The notes beneath the pieces are model-generated. The model saw nothing but the letters and a program-made list of their open reading frames with translations. It was not told the DNA's origin and searched no databases. From Eledone cirrhosa (taxonomy: Eukaryota), in the NCBI GenBank assembly GCA_964016885.1, contig OZ024742.1:134044001-134108000 (forward strand): 64,000 nt of DNA. The letters run 5' to 3'. Shown here piece by piece: positions 47,101-60,649 of the stretch. The translations under genes were made by a program, and so were the position numbers. Numbering within the stretch: the stretch's first letter is position 1; every line of letters starts with the position of its first letter.

Positions 47101-49710
47101 AGACGGACTTCAGAGACAATGGCCTGGTTACTGAAAGCTGAACGCGTCTTTCCCGGCGCGCAAAGCCTACAGAGACCGGATTAGCGTATTAGTTAAGCGG
47201 GCATTGACGGGAATGGTCGTCAACAACAGGTGGTGGTTCGCCCTGAAAAGAGCAATTAAAGTAGAGACGATTAGGTTTAGCAAAGGAGTAGTGATAGAGG
47301 AAAATATAGTAGAGGGAGAGCTAGTCAGAAAGCTAGAAGGGGCGTTTAGGACAGGCATCGCAACCGACATGCTTGCGGTGAGATTGGCACTCGACCAATT
47401 CTTTAACGCAAAACACGAAGGCTGCGTTGTCAGAGTTAGAGTGCGTGCTCTGAAACAGAAAGGGATAAAAGCCGTCCATTGGGCCCGGGTGGCAGAGGCG
47501 CGACGTGGCAACAAAGCCACAATTAGGTCTTTGTCTGACCAAAACAGGGGCGTGATGTTCGAACCCGAGCGGATGTGTGAAGCTTTTCAGCAACACTTTG
47601 CTGAACTGTTCGGGAGCGGCGGCGGCCCGGATAAGGGCTTGGACTTCAGTGCATACCTCAACGGACTGCCTCGACTCTCGACGACCGCAGCACAGTGTTG
47701 CGAAAAGCCAATAACAGCCGGTGAAATATGGGAAGCGAGGGCTAACTGCACAAGAGTTAAATCGCCGGGTTTGGATGGTCTGCCGTACGAGCTTTATGCA
47801 TTTATGCCAGACTTGTTCGGTGACCTCTTGGCACACGTCTTATTCAACTGGCAGCAGAACTGGAGCATTCCCAGTTTTGTGAGTCGGGGAGCAGTGACGC
47901 TGCTGAGAAAAGACCCGAACAAGGGGGATGTTATCAATAATTTCAGGCCATAACCCTGCTAAACACAGAGTTCAAGATTTTGGCCAAGGTGTTAGCAACG
48001 AGGGTGGCCCTTGTCGTCAAGGGTCTGGTGGGAGAGGCGCATACATGCGCCATTCCGGACAGATCCATACACGACAACATCCACCTCATGCGATACATCA
48101 TAGAGAGGGTGGTTAAGGAACCTGGAACAGGTGGGGCTCTTATCAACTTGGATCAATCCAAAGCATTCGATAGGTTCGACCATCGGTACCTGGCGGCGGT
48201 CCTTGAGGCAGCCGGTTTCGAGCCCGTTTTCAGGGGTCGGATTGTAGCAATGTACAGCGACATCTGCTCAGTTGTGAGGGTGAACGGTCACCTGTTGCAG
48301 CCGTTTAGCATCATGCTCTCAGTCCGCCAGTGTTGTCCCCTCTAGTCCCTCTTGTATGTATTGCCTCTCGAGCCGTTACTGCACAAACTGGGGACGATGG
48401 GGGCGTCCCACGCGAGCTAGAATGCGGGAAATCCGAGTCGGCTTACGCTGACGATGTCACCGTGGTGGTGTCGAGCACCAGACACGTACAGATGCTCGGC
48501 ACCGCTGTCAAGGAATATGAAGCAGTGACAGGAGCAAAGATAAACCAGGAAAAGTTGCTGGGCTTGCACCTCGGCAGCTGGGCAGGCAAGTCGATGCCGT
48601 CCGACAGCGTCATGGGACGTTGGACGGACCGGTTAAATTCCTCGGGGTCTGGTTCGGACCGGACCTCTAGATGGAGAAAAACTGGAACGAGCTGACGAGC
48701 AGGGTGGCCTCCCTCACCCAGAAATGGGCCGAGAGGAAGCTGTGCCTGAAAGGCCGGGCGGAGGTGGTGAATGCATACATAGCATCCGTCATCTGCTACC
48801 GCCTCACCGTCGTCCCTTGCTCCAGCCCAACTCTCACCAAAATGGAGCGCCTTCTCTTCCGCTTTTTGTGGAAGGGACGCGCTCCCATGTACAGACGATC
48901 CATCTGCTGTCAACACCCGTTGCGTGGAGGACTGGGCATGCCATGGCTGATGATGCGCAAACATGCGCTGAGGCTGCGACATCTCTGGTGCTACCTTGAT
49001 GGTGAACAGGTGTGGTCGCCGTTCGCCAGGCACGTTTTCCCACAGCTCGTCTCTTTGACGGAGCTGCAGTCCTGGGTCAGAAATAACCGAGGGGGTAGCG
49101 CTTGGAAACTGGAATGTCTCCAGGCGCTCACTGCCCTCTGCCAGCTGGGCATCCGTATCGGTGGAACATCCTCCTCGGCGTTCTATAGAGGACTAGTGGA
49201 GGAGAAGAGCGACGACATTCTCGGAGAGATCCTGGGCGTCGAAGAAGATCAGCTGTTTGCTACTCCGGTTGTCGACTGAGACCATTGTGCAGATAGTCTA
49301 GCTGTCTTCCTTCGAGGAGGAAGGGCAGGTGGTTTTCATCTGCCTTGTGACCATGGCGAAAGATTGTGTGGTGGACAAGGTTAAAAGGGTTAATGACAGA
49401 CACTTTCCTCTTCGGCGAATCCTTAATAACTTTTTCAAGTTTCACTTGAAGAGGAACATCAGGGTGGGGAGGTAAGTGCTGCCTTCTAGCAAGTTTGTTG
49501 AAAGGTGGGTGAATGTAGCGAGAATGGTCCGAGTGAACGGGACCACTCTGAATATACGTCTGTAGTTTGAGAGATGGAAACATTGAGAGAGCGCGCTTGC
49601 CCTGATGGTCAGGGTTGCCGTGGTCTTTTGTGTGGTTTTTGCCACGAGTAACCCTCGGAGGTTTCCCCCCTATTGGGGAATTTTTCATTGTGTCAATTTT
49701 CATTTTTATT

Positions 49711-49745
<35 letters not shown>

Positions 49746-49900
49746 ATGTTATATATATATATATATATGTTTGTATGTCCTTTTTTTTCATTTCTTATAT
49801 AAATAATAAAAATATTTACACGCACAAAACCCACATCGTACCGTCCTGTGCCGCCTGTAATGTTTTTCTTGATGTCAGCCCTTGTGCCCAATAAAGAAAT
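44129..49900 (+). mobile_element. Near full-length degenerate L1/Tx1-clade LINE (copy B)
   Basis: ORF1 with Asn-rich N-terminus and zinc knuckle CYLCGSKGHLGAFC. ORF2 with APE and RT (SPGLDG, KAFDR, AYADD). zf-RVT deleted near 49260. Confidence 0.93.
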
Positions 49901-49934
49901 AATAATAATAATAATTATTATTATTATTATTATT

Positions 49935-50105
49935 GTGTTATTTCGTTTAGCTCAGTTCTGTTTCTTTATTGCCCGGTTCAGGCCTTGAACCTAGTTCAAT
50001 ATAGATTTTCATTGTAGAGAGAAAACTAGACTGAGAATGTGTGCTGTTCCTAGTAGCCAGATCTTCTGTAGCTCATATCTGCTGATCTTGCAGGAAAGGA
50101 CGCTA
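49935..50105 (-). mobile_element. R4/Dong 3' terminal fragment
   Basis: ELQKIWLLGTAHIL C-terminal motif. Confidence 0.75.
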
Positions 50106-50184
50106 AGGTGCAGGTCTGATGATTTGGATATTAATGTTAATGCTCCTATTTCCACAGTTACAGTGTTCGGACATCCTCCACATG

Positions 50185-50486
50185 CGGTGAATATGGCGTG
50201 TATAGTCTGTATCAATGGGCCTATTCTTAACACGCGCTGTAAACTGGTTACTTTGAGGAGGAGAGAGGTGCCCTTCCCGGATGTACTCGAAGAACGGGTG
50301 GTTCAGGATTGATGGTGTACCCGAGTCCAACCTATGTTATTCGGCCCTCTATTGGGAGATTTATTTTGTTATATATTTTTTGTTAATTGTTTTTGTTGTA
50401 ATGTGTTTTTTTTTTCGATTTTATTGTAAATATCCACCGTCCCTCTTTTTTTCTTGACGCCCATATGCTGGCTTTTATTATTATTA
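50185..50486 (+). mobile_element. Diverged Tx1 LINE 3' end
   Basis: VNMACIVCINGPIL, and 3' UTR GGGTGGTTCAGGATTG matching 34066-34140. Confidence 0.75.
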
Positions 50487-50513
50487 GGGTGGTATTATAT
50501 CATATATTATTAG

Positions 50514-50940
50514 GGTGGTAGATTGGCTGAATCGGTAGAACGTCGGACACCCTGTTTCACGGCATATTGTTACGACCCTTTACATTATGACTTCTAATCC
50601 TGCCGAAGTTAGCTTTGGCTTTTATCCTTACTGAATCAATAAAATAAAGCACTATAATGCATTGTAATCTATTTAATCGACTTACCCCTTCCCTTCAAAT
50701 TGCTGGGCTTGTGCATGAAGTAGAAATAATGCGGCGTTGGATTGGCAGTATCGGTAAAGAGTCGGATTGCGTGCTTTGCAGCATAGAGTTGCGAGCCTTT
50801 AGGATCTGAGTTCAAATCCCGCCGAGGTTACCTTTGCCTTTCATCCTTATGTTGTCGATAAAATAAAGTACTTGTCACGCACTGGAGTCGATTTAATCGA
50901 TGTTCCCCACCCCACAATTGCTGGCCTTGTGCCTATATTA
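50514..50940 (+). mobile_element. Two tandem Nin-domain SINEs
   Basis: Copies at 50514-50730 and 50733-50940 with A/B boxes and Nin motif. Confidence 0.85.
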
Positions 50941-51289
50941 TTGCTGCTACTCTTTGGACTACTACTATGATGGAACAGACGAGTATCACGATGGCGATGA
51001 CAACGACAACGACGATGTTGGTGATGAAGTCGATTATGATGGTGAAGTTGATGATGATGCTGACGGCGACGATGATGAGGATGGCGGCATTACTAGTGGT
51101 TAGGGTGATTAGAATGATGAGCAGCATTCTGTTTTTCATGTTCTTAATTTTGGCGTTAGTGAATATGGTAGGTTGGATGAGAATGAGAAGTGGTTGAGAT
51201 ATGACGATGTCGATGATAATGATGATGATGGGGGTAATAGTGGACAGAAGAAATAAGTGAACGTGGAGGCATATATATACATATAATCA

Positions 51290-53670
51290 TTATTTCTACT
51301 TTTGACACAAGGCCAGCAATTATCCCGGTGCATTACTGGTACTTTATTTTATCGACCCCGTAAGGATGAAAGGGAAAGTTAACCTCGGCGGGATTTGAAC
51401 TCAGACCATATAATAATATAATAATAATTTCTGATCTAGACACGTGGCCAAACATTTCTGGGTTGGGAAAAGTTAATTAAAAGATGAAGATGGTTATCAT
51501 AATGTGGAGGATGGTGTTACTGATGATGATGATGATGATGATAATGATAATGACCATGATGAAGATAATGTTTATGACGAAAACTATAATATTGATAATA
51601 TGCATGAGTATAGTAATTAGGATTTTACCTGAATGATGATTATATCCATTTCTGATGTTTCACAATAATGTAGCAGTAATGTACTGGGTTATTGCTGGCC
51701 TTGTGCCAAAAGTAGAAACAATTATTTCAGAAATATTCATGAGATGACAACTCTAGCAGTGATATTGGCTGCAGATGAGACTATTGAAGACATCGATGGT
51801 GCTGTAGGGGATATATTGGCACTGATAGTGTTACTAGTGGTGAGATTCTTAGAAATTTCGCATTTTTCACAAGGATAGCTTTGATTTTAAAACTACCAAG
51901 GAAGACCAGGCTCTGATACAGGTGACATAATGATAATAATTGTTTCTACTTTTGGCACAAGGCCAGCAATTATCCCAGCTTATTACTGTTACTTTATTTT
52001 ATCGACCCCGTAAGGATGAAAGGCAAAGTTAACCTCGGCGGGATTTCAACTCAGATCATAAAGAGCCGTAAGTCTTTGCTGCAAAGCATGGCGTCCGACA
52101 CTCTACCGATACTGCCAATCCACATGTTTCTACATTTTAGCACAAAGCCAGCAATTACCCCAGTGCATTACTGGTACTTTATTTTATCGACCCCATAAGG
52201 ATGAAAGGCAAAGTTAACCTCGGCGAGATTTGAACTCAGAATGCCAAGGGCCGTAACTCTATGCGTCAACGCATGGCGTCCGACCCTCTACCGATACTGC
52301 CAATCCACCGCCACATGATGATAATAATGACGACACCGATGGTGAATTGATAAACGAAGTTGATGATGATAATGATGATATGGAGAAGGAGGAAGAGGAA
52401 GGGGAAGAGGAAGGGGAAGAGGAAGGAAGGAAATGTATAGGAAGGGGATAAGGAGGATTGGGATGATAACGATGATAATGATGCTGATGATGATGAAAAT
52501 GATGATAATGATGACGGTAATGTTCATGATGATGTATGCGCCTCTGTGGATGATGCAGAAGCTGAGGAAGATAAGAATGAGGGTGATAATAATCTGAGGA
52601 GGTATATGATGATAATGATGATGATGATATTGAGGAGGAGAGCGACTAGGTGGAGGAGGGGGAATAAGGATACTGAAATTAAGTAGGATGATGGCGTCTG
52701 TAATTATAACAACATTTGATGGCTTAATATGTATAGTTGTATATAGTTGAAGCTGAGGACGATAACGACAGTGATGATGGTGATGATGATGATGATGATG
52801 GTGGTGATGATGATGATGATGATGGTGATGATGGTTATGATGATGGTGATGATGATGATGATGGTGATGATGGTGATGATGATGATGGTGATGATGGTTA
52901 TGATGATGGTTATGATGATGATGGTGATGATGGTGATGGTGATGATGATGATGATGATGATGGTGATGATGAAGATGATGATGATGGTGATGACGGTTAT
53001 GATGATGATGATGATGATGATGATGGTGGTGATGATGATGATTGTGATGCTGCTGCTGCTGCTAATGATGATGATGATGATGATGATGATGATCGTGATA
53101 ATAATAACTGTTTCTACTTTTGACGAAAGGCTAGCAATTACCCCAGTACATTACTGGTACTTTATTTTATCGACCCCCGTAAAGATGAAGAGCAAAGTTA
53201 ACCTCGGCGGGATTTGAACTCAGAACGTAAAGGGCCATAACCCCATGCTGCAAAGCATGTTATCTGATGCTCTACCGATACTGCCAGATAATAATAATTG
53301 TGTCTACTTTTTTGGCACAAGGCCAGCAATTATCCCAGTGTATTACTGGTACTTTATTTTATCAGATCATAAAGGACCGTAACTCTTTGCTGCAAAGCAT
53401 GTCGTCCGACCCCCTACCGATACTGCCGATTCACCGCTCTCAATTACCCCAATGTATTACTGGTATTTTATTTTATCGACCCCCGTAAGGATGAAAGGCA
53501 AAGTTAACCTCGGCGGGATTTGAACTCAGATCATAAAGGACCGTAACTCTTTGCTGCAAAGCATGTCGTCCGTCCCTCTACCGATACTGCCAATTCACCG
53601 CTCTCAATAACCCCAGTGTAATACTGGTATTTTATTTTATCGACCCCGTAAGGATGAAAGGCAAAGTTAA
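51290..53670 (-). mobile_element. Cluster of Nin-domain SINEs among (GAT)n
   Basis: Copies at ~51290-51408, 51938-52121, 52125-52311, 53107-53288 and rearranged 53296-53670. Plus-strand tail at 51676-51726. Confidence 0.88.
52760..53105. repeat. (GAT/GGT)n microsatellite
   Basis: Direct reading. Confidence 0.95.
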
Positions 53671-53970
53671 ATGAAGATAATGATATTGGGGATGATGATG
53701 AAGAGGAAGTGGAGGATAAAGTCGGTGAACATGTTGACGACCATGTTGACATTGGAAATTGTAGCAAAGTTTAAGTGCGGTGAATGTGCTGTTGTTGATG
53801 TAGAGAGTTTATATGATGTTGAAAACAACGAATGATAAACAAGGACGTAGGATAATGAACAAACAGTTGCTTCTAGTGTCAATCAGTTATTACAGTAACA
53901 GTAATGATGATAATGAGAGGAGTTGTTTACCGACTGCTTCATTGAAGATGGTGATAATTGCGGCGATTTT

Positions 53971-55705
53971 GGTGGTGGTGGTGTTGGTGGTGGTGTTGGT
54001 GGTGGTGTTGTTGGTGGTGGTGTTGGTGGTGGTGTTGGTGTTGGTGGTGGTGTTGGTGGTGTTGGTGTTGGTGGTGGTGGTGGTGGTGGTGGTGTTGGTG
54101 GTGTTGGTGTTGGTGGTGGTGTTGTTGGTGGTGGTGTTGGTGGTGGTGTTGGTGTTGGTGGTGGTGTTGGTGGTGTTGGTGGTGTTGGTGGTGTTGTTGG
54201 TGGTGGTGTTGGTGTTGGTGTTGGTGTTGGTGGTGTTGGTGGTGGTGTTGGTGGTGGTGTTGGTGGTGGTGGTGGTGGTGGTGGTGGTGTTGGTGTTGGT
54301 GGTGGTGGTGTTGGTGGTGGTGTTGGTGTTGGTGGTGGTGTTGTTGGTGGTGGTGTTGGTGTTGGTGGTGGTGTTGGTGGTGTTGGTGGTGTTGGTGTTG
54401 TTGTTGGTGGTGGTGTTGGTGTTGGTGGTGGTGTTGGTGGTGGTGGTGGTGGTGGTGTTGGTGTTGGTGGTGGTGGTGTTGGTGGTGGTGTTGGTGTTGG
54501 TGGTGGTGTTGGTGGTGGTGTTGGTGGTGTTGGTGTTGGTGGTGGTGTTGGTGGTGTTGGTGTTGGTGGTGGTGTTGTTGGTGGTGGTGTTGTTGGTGGT
54601 GTTGTTGGTGGTGGTGTTGGTGTTGGTGGTGGTGTTGGTGGTGGTGTTGGTGTTGGTGTTGGTGTTGGTGGTGTTGGTGGTGTTGTTGGTGGTGGTGTTG
54701 GTGGTGTTGTTGGTGGTGGTGTTGGTGGTGGTGTTGGTGGTGTTGGTGTTGGTGGTGGTGTTGTTGGTGGTGGTGTTGGTGGTGTTGGTGGTGTTGGTGT
54801 TGGTGGTGGTGTTGTTGGTGGTTGTGTTGGTGGTGGTGTTGTTGGTGGTGGTGTTGGTGTTGGTGGTGGTGTTGGTGGTGGTGTTGGTGTTGGTGGTGGT
54901 GGTGGTGGTGGTGTTGTTGTTGGTGGTGGTGTTGGTGGTGGTGTTGGTGGTGTTGGTGTTGGTGGTGGTGTTGTTGGTGGTGGTGTTGGTGTTGGTGGTG
55001 GTGTTGGTGGTGTTGGTGGTGTTGGTGTTGTTGTTGGTGGTGGTGTTGGTGTTGGTGGTGGTGTTGGTGGTGGTGGTGGTGGTGGTGTTGGTGGTGGTGT
55101 TGGTGGTGTTGGTGTTGGTGGTGGTGTTGGTGGTGTTGGTGTTGGTGGTGGTGTTGTTGGTGGTGGTGTTGTTGGTGGTGTTGTTGGTGGTGGTGTTGGT
55201 GTTGGTGGTGGTGTTGGTGGTGGTGTTGGTGGTGGTGTTGGTGGTGGTGGTGGTGGTGGTGGTGGTGTTGGTGTTGGTGGTGGTGGTGTTGGTGTTGGTG
55301 GTGGTGTTGGTGGTGTTGGTGGTGTTGGTGGTGTTGTTGGTGGTGGTGTTGGTGTTGGTGTTGGTGTTGGTGGTGTTGGTGGTGTTGTTGGTGGTGGTGT
55401 TGGTGGTGTTGTTGGTGGTGGTGTTGGTGGTGGTGTTGGTGGTGTTGGTGTTGGTGGTGGTGTTGTTGGTGTTGGTGTTGGTGGTGGTGTTGTTGGTGGT
55501 TGTGTTGGTGGTGGTGTTGTTGGTGGTGGTGTTGGTGTTGGTGGTGGTGTTGGTGGTGGTGTTGGTGTTGGTGGTGGAGGTGGTGGTGGTGGTGGTGTTG
55601 TTGTTGGTGGTGGTGTTGGTGGTGGTGTTGGTGGTAGTGTTTTTGGTGGTGTTGGTGGTGGTGTTGCTGTTGGCGGCAGTGGTGTTGGTGGTGGTGTTGG
55701 TGGTG

Positions 55706-55737
<32 letters not shown>

Positions 55738-55960
55738 GGTGTTGGTGTTGGCGGTGGTGCTGGTGCTGGTGTTGGCGGTGGTGTTGGTGGTGGTGGTGGT
55801 GGTTATGGTGATTGTGGGCGTGGTGCTGTTGATGATGATGACGATGATAATGATCATGCTGGTGGTGGTGGTGTTGGCGGTGGTGGTGTTGGTGTTGGTG
55901 GTGGCGGTGTTGGCGGTGGTGGTGTTGGTGGTGGTGTTGGTGGTGGCGGCGATGCTGATT
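53971..55960. repeat. Mixed (GGT/GTT)n trinucleotide satellite
   Basis: Direct reading. Confidence 0.97.
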
Positions 55961-57613
55961 GTGGATGTGGTGCTGCTGATGATGATAATGATGAGATGGT
56001 GGAAGAGATGGTGTTGTTGTTGTTGGTGTTGTTGTTGTTGATGATGATGATAGTAGGAATAATAAATAGGTTGTTCATGTTGGCGTTAGATACGGTGGTG
56101 TTTGCAGTAATAATGATGAAGATGACGATGGAGATGTTGATGGTGAAGTTGATGATAAAGATGATGATGATCAGAAGATATATCTCGATGATTACTGTCG
56201 AAGAGAATGTGGAGGTAGTGTTGTTTTATTTTAATTGTGTTACACTAGTGATGATAATGGATGCAAATCTTAATGATGATTGCGTTGACGTAAAATTATG
56301 AATATATTACATTGGCGTTATCGGTGTTTATACTAACGATGCTGGCATGGGGGAACATGAATACAGTGATTATATCAATGATGATGATTTTGATGTTGCT
56401 TATCCACATTCACTTTGTCATTATCATCAACATTTTTCTCATCGTCGTCGTTGTGATCATCCTCGCTAGCAACAGTTGCTACATAACGACATTTACGTAA
56501 TGCTTTTTATTGCACCCACAATATTCGTTCATTGTGGAGACAATTGGGTTCAGAATGAGAGAGGGGAATATATAATTAGAGGACATACGGCTCCTTGTGG
56601 AGAACATCATTTATATATATAATATATTCCACCTCTTATGAAATAGCCATACAAATAAAATGACTTTTGAATCGACACAACCAGATAAATATGGTAACAT
56701 AATCAACATATCTGAATATGGGTACTAACCAATGATTCAATCATTTTTATTTTATTCATTCATACGAATACATATCCAGAGATAAATTACAACATCCATA
56801 AAGAAACACACATACACACACCCAACCACACAAACATTCACACACACACACACAAACGCCAACACACACACTTACACACACACAAACACACACACACTCA
56901 CTAACACATATATAGGTATGTATGTATATTGACATCTTCTCAATACACTCCGACTTGTAGATCAAAGACAAGGTGGTTCAATGCCGCCGTTACTCAACAC
57001 GATAACTTTTTGAGAGAAAGTGAAGAAATAAAAACTAACAAACTAATAATCATAATATGTGACATTGATTGAAAATGAATACGGTATCTGGATTCAATCG
57101 TGCTTTTTTCATACCGCTTATTATATATGCGAGAGAATAAACACCTCACGTACATTAACTCTACATCAAATAACGTCTACTTGTAAATCACCAAAAGTAA
57201 TATTTCATTTCAGCAAATAGCTTATTCTATTATATTTACTTCTTACACAGATATTTTTTCTTGTAACTTCCTACGTATACATCTAAGTCACTACAAACAT
57301 TCTAACAAGCAAAACTTGCATGCCTTTTTTTTAAAAACACCCAATGTTGGCGCTTTCACAAATTTTAGGCGTTAAAATTCGCAACGGTTTTTCAGCGCCC
57401 TAAAAACCAGTGCATGCCTCAGAAAAGTAGGGATATTAGTTATTGCTTTCTGACAGGTCATGCAATAGGACTACTCCCACTTTGTTTATCTTTTATTCTC
57501 ACTTTAAATTTTCCCAACCATATATATCTCTTTCCCTAAACTAACTTCGCTGTAATATTTCTCATATTCATAATTATTTACCCATGGCCTATTTGTTTTC
57601 TTCTGAAAGTATG

Positions 57614-57824
57614 GTTTCTGATGCAGGCACAAATCAACAATATTTGGGAGGAGTAGAGAAACGATTAAATCGACTTAGTGCCTTACTTGTACTTTATTTT
57701 ATCACTCCCATTAGGATGAAAGCCAAAGCAAATTTCGGCGGGATTTGAACACAGAATGTAAAATAACGTAATTATATTTCACAAAGAATGTTGTCCGATG
57801 CTATACCGATATTGCCAATCCACC
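57614..57824 (-). mobile_element. Older Nin-domain SINE
   Basis: Diverged match to the SINE: AGGATGAAAG..CGGCGGGATTTGAAC..GCCAATCCACC. Confidence 0.8.
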
Positions 57825-58370
57825 TATGAACATTGTTTTAAATGACATTAAACAATCATTTCTAAACACGTGGTTTCTTTTGGTGAGTGGTTTGTTAAAT
57901 ACTAAATATATTCCAAGATTTATATCAATGCGCATATTTTGAGTTAGATGTTGTTTTCAAATTTACATTAAATTAATTTCCAATATCTATACAATATGGT
58001 TATAAATATATTAATTTAGATACAGCATAGAATGTTATTCTTCCTTCAATTCTATCGTGATACAAAAACACTTTTCTGTTATCGTTAATATTTTTAGAAG
58101 AAAACCTACTTACAGGAAGTAAATAATTTACACGTTGACACGAAGGAAGTGTTATCATTATTTAAATTAGGATATATTCATTATATATATATATAGGGAC
58201 TGCATTTACGCGTAGTAAATATCAACATAAGCCAACATTGTTCTCATCTATTATATACACACCGAAAGACATTCACACACACACACAAACATAAATCCAC
58301 AAACACACGAACACACATGCACAAATATACCAACAAATGAACGCATACACACAGACATAAATATATGTAT

Positions 58371-58950
58371 TAAGGTGGTCGATCCAACATATGAATATGT
58401 GGATTTTGTGCATCTAATTATATACAGTATGTTTACAAATAAACTTTTGAAAGTCTGTAGCTATCAATCTTGGAAACTGATAATGTAAAGCATATCTAGC
58501 GGATTCCAGCTGAGACAGGGGCATCTAACTATCAATGATCATTGTTTCTGACGCTGGTAGATATCAAGACAGTGCTTCCTTACCCTGTTCTCTGCTCGAA
58601 CTCAATACCAGTGAAAACATAGTTCTGACACCTATTTACATGGGCTGATTAAAATCATTTGCATATGGATCTGTCAGACGCCGCGGCCTGAATATAGCTT
58701 TAAGGTGCTTGCACTAACACAGCTGCCTACATATGAGTATGTGTATTTCGCATATCTAGCCGAATAGTGTACTTTTACTAATAAACATTTGAAAGCCAAT
58801 AGCTATGAATTTTGGAAGCTGAGGATATACGGCCCTCTAGCAGATTCCAGCAGAATCAGAGGCGGGTAACTGTCGCCGATCAACGGATCTGACTCTAGTC
58901 GTAATCAAGACAGGGCTCCTTTACCCTGCTTTCTGCTGGAATCCACTAGA
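58371..58950. repeat. Diverged ~340-bp tandem dimer with internal hairpin
   Basis: 58388-58610 resembles 58729-58945. GATTCCAGCAGAA/TTCTGCTGGAATC stem. Confidence 0.6.
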
Positions 58951-59630
58951 TAGGTTCCAAAATACATAACTAAGTCTTTCAATTGTTATGTAGCAAACAC
59001 ACCGTATATCGCTGGATATATAAAATAATTACACACACACACACGCACAAACACACACGCGCGCGCGGACACACATAGATTTATATATATATATATAATA
59101 TACACAGTGAACATGATCTAAAACGTACCAACTAATGTAAGAGAGTTAATTTATTTATATCATTTATATAGCTATTATGTATGACACAACTGTAAGTTTC
59201 AACGACTAGGTATGGCAGTAAACGTAGTGAAATTCTTAGCCCTTTTCCTCCCGGTGATATAGGCCTATGACTTGCAATCTTCCATACGTCCGCCTTGGAA
59301 ACTATTGCAGGGCAATGTATGGCATATGTATGAATCTTGATACATAAATATTAAAGATTGTAATAACTAACGTTTATTCATATATATGATACTGAAGATA
59401 TTTCGCAATTGATTACATATTCTCATTCTAACGTTTCCACTTCCTTGATTATATATACTAAAACAAAAACAAAAAGAAATTTGTATGCAGGTATTGTAAA
59501 GTTTTAACGTCGATCGATATCTGCTAATTACCTTGTGTAAGATAAATATATGTCCCAAGCCATCACTTCATGTAAAGGAGTGAAGTGATTGAATTATGGT
59601 GTACAATTTAAATTATACACACACAGGAAT

Positions 59631-59669
<39 letters not shown>

Positions 59670-60649
59670 CATATATATATATCGATGCTGTGACCATGTC
59701 CTTAGCTATGCTATGTCAATATCTATGAGAGTGCCAGATATCTGTTTCCGGAGTTTTATCTGACATGTGCTCACTTATTACTGAGACAGGAAAATGCTAA
59801 AGCTCATATGGATTTTACAATAAGAAAGATTAGTTTGATACACGCATTTACATATTTAGCGGACTTGCATGTGTAAAGGTCGTAATTAGTGAGATCTACG
59901 CTTTATTCAAATGTGCTGTCATGTCAAACTGTGAGTTTCCCGCAATGCTGAACATCTTGAATGTAATTTTCACTAGTTTTAAGCCACGTTTTTAGAGCAA
60001 CTGGTTATCTCACGGTCGGTACAGCCACATATCGAAAGTCAACGTACGTATCTACATATCAACATCTTTAGATAATCACATTAATGCATCCCTTAACGAG
60101 GTAGAATTCTTACTCTTCATTTGCACCACTACCAGGGAATATGTTAGGTGGTGATGTTAGAAGATAATTATTTTACATTTTCAAACAAATATAGGGGGGA
60201 TTATATTACATTTCCGTCTCGATATATTTGTAATGGCCCCTTAGCGATTTGCAGCGTCACTTCGGCATTTCAAATTTTCTGAAGTCTATTCCTCTCTTGA
60301 TCGGAACAAAAGAAATAGAGTGAGAAGAAGTTATATAGCTATATTTGGCACGATATTAACGAACACAAAAAACATGGTAAGCAAGTTGTTCGAGAGAGCA
60401 AATATTGAAATTGATTGTCTAAATACTATCAACTTCCATATGTGGTGTTTGCTATTTATTTCTCCTGTTCTCACCTATAGATGTATATGTTTGCATATTT
60501 ATAACATAATTAAGAATGACAATTGTTTTAACATGAATATAAAAACAGGTAGTACAGATCAAAATTATCAACACACTCATTCAAAGTTGATCTATAAATC
60601 TATATTTCACTCAACATACTAAGCCATTTTCCTCAAGGAAACGTTAAAA

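Noticed and set aside
52737-53217. Poly-Asp / poly-Met ORFs
   Set aside because: (GAT)n microsatellite
51290-53670. CRISPR-like repeat/spacer pattern
   Set aside because: The repeats are ~180-bp SINEs in a eukaryotic context, with no cas genes
53813-56301. Gly/Val-, Val/Leu-, Trp/Cys- and Thr/Asn-rich ORFs as structural proteins
   Set aside because: Almost only GGT/GTT triplets with no synonymous variation, open in several frames, and no gene context
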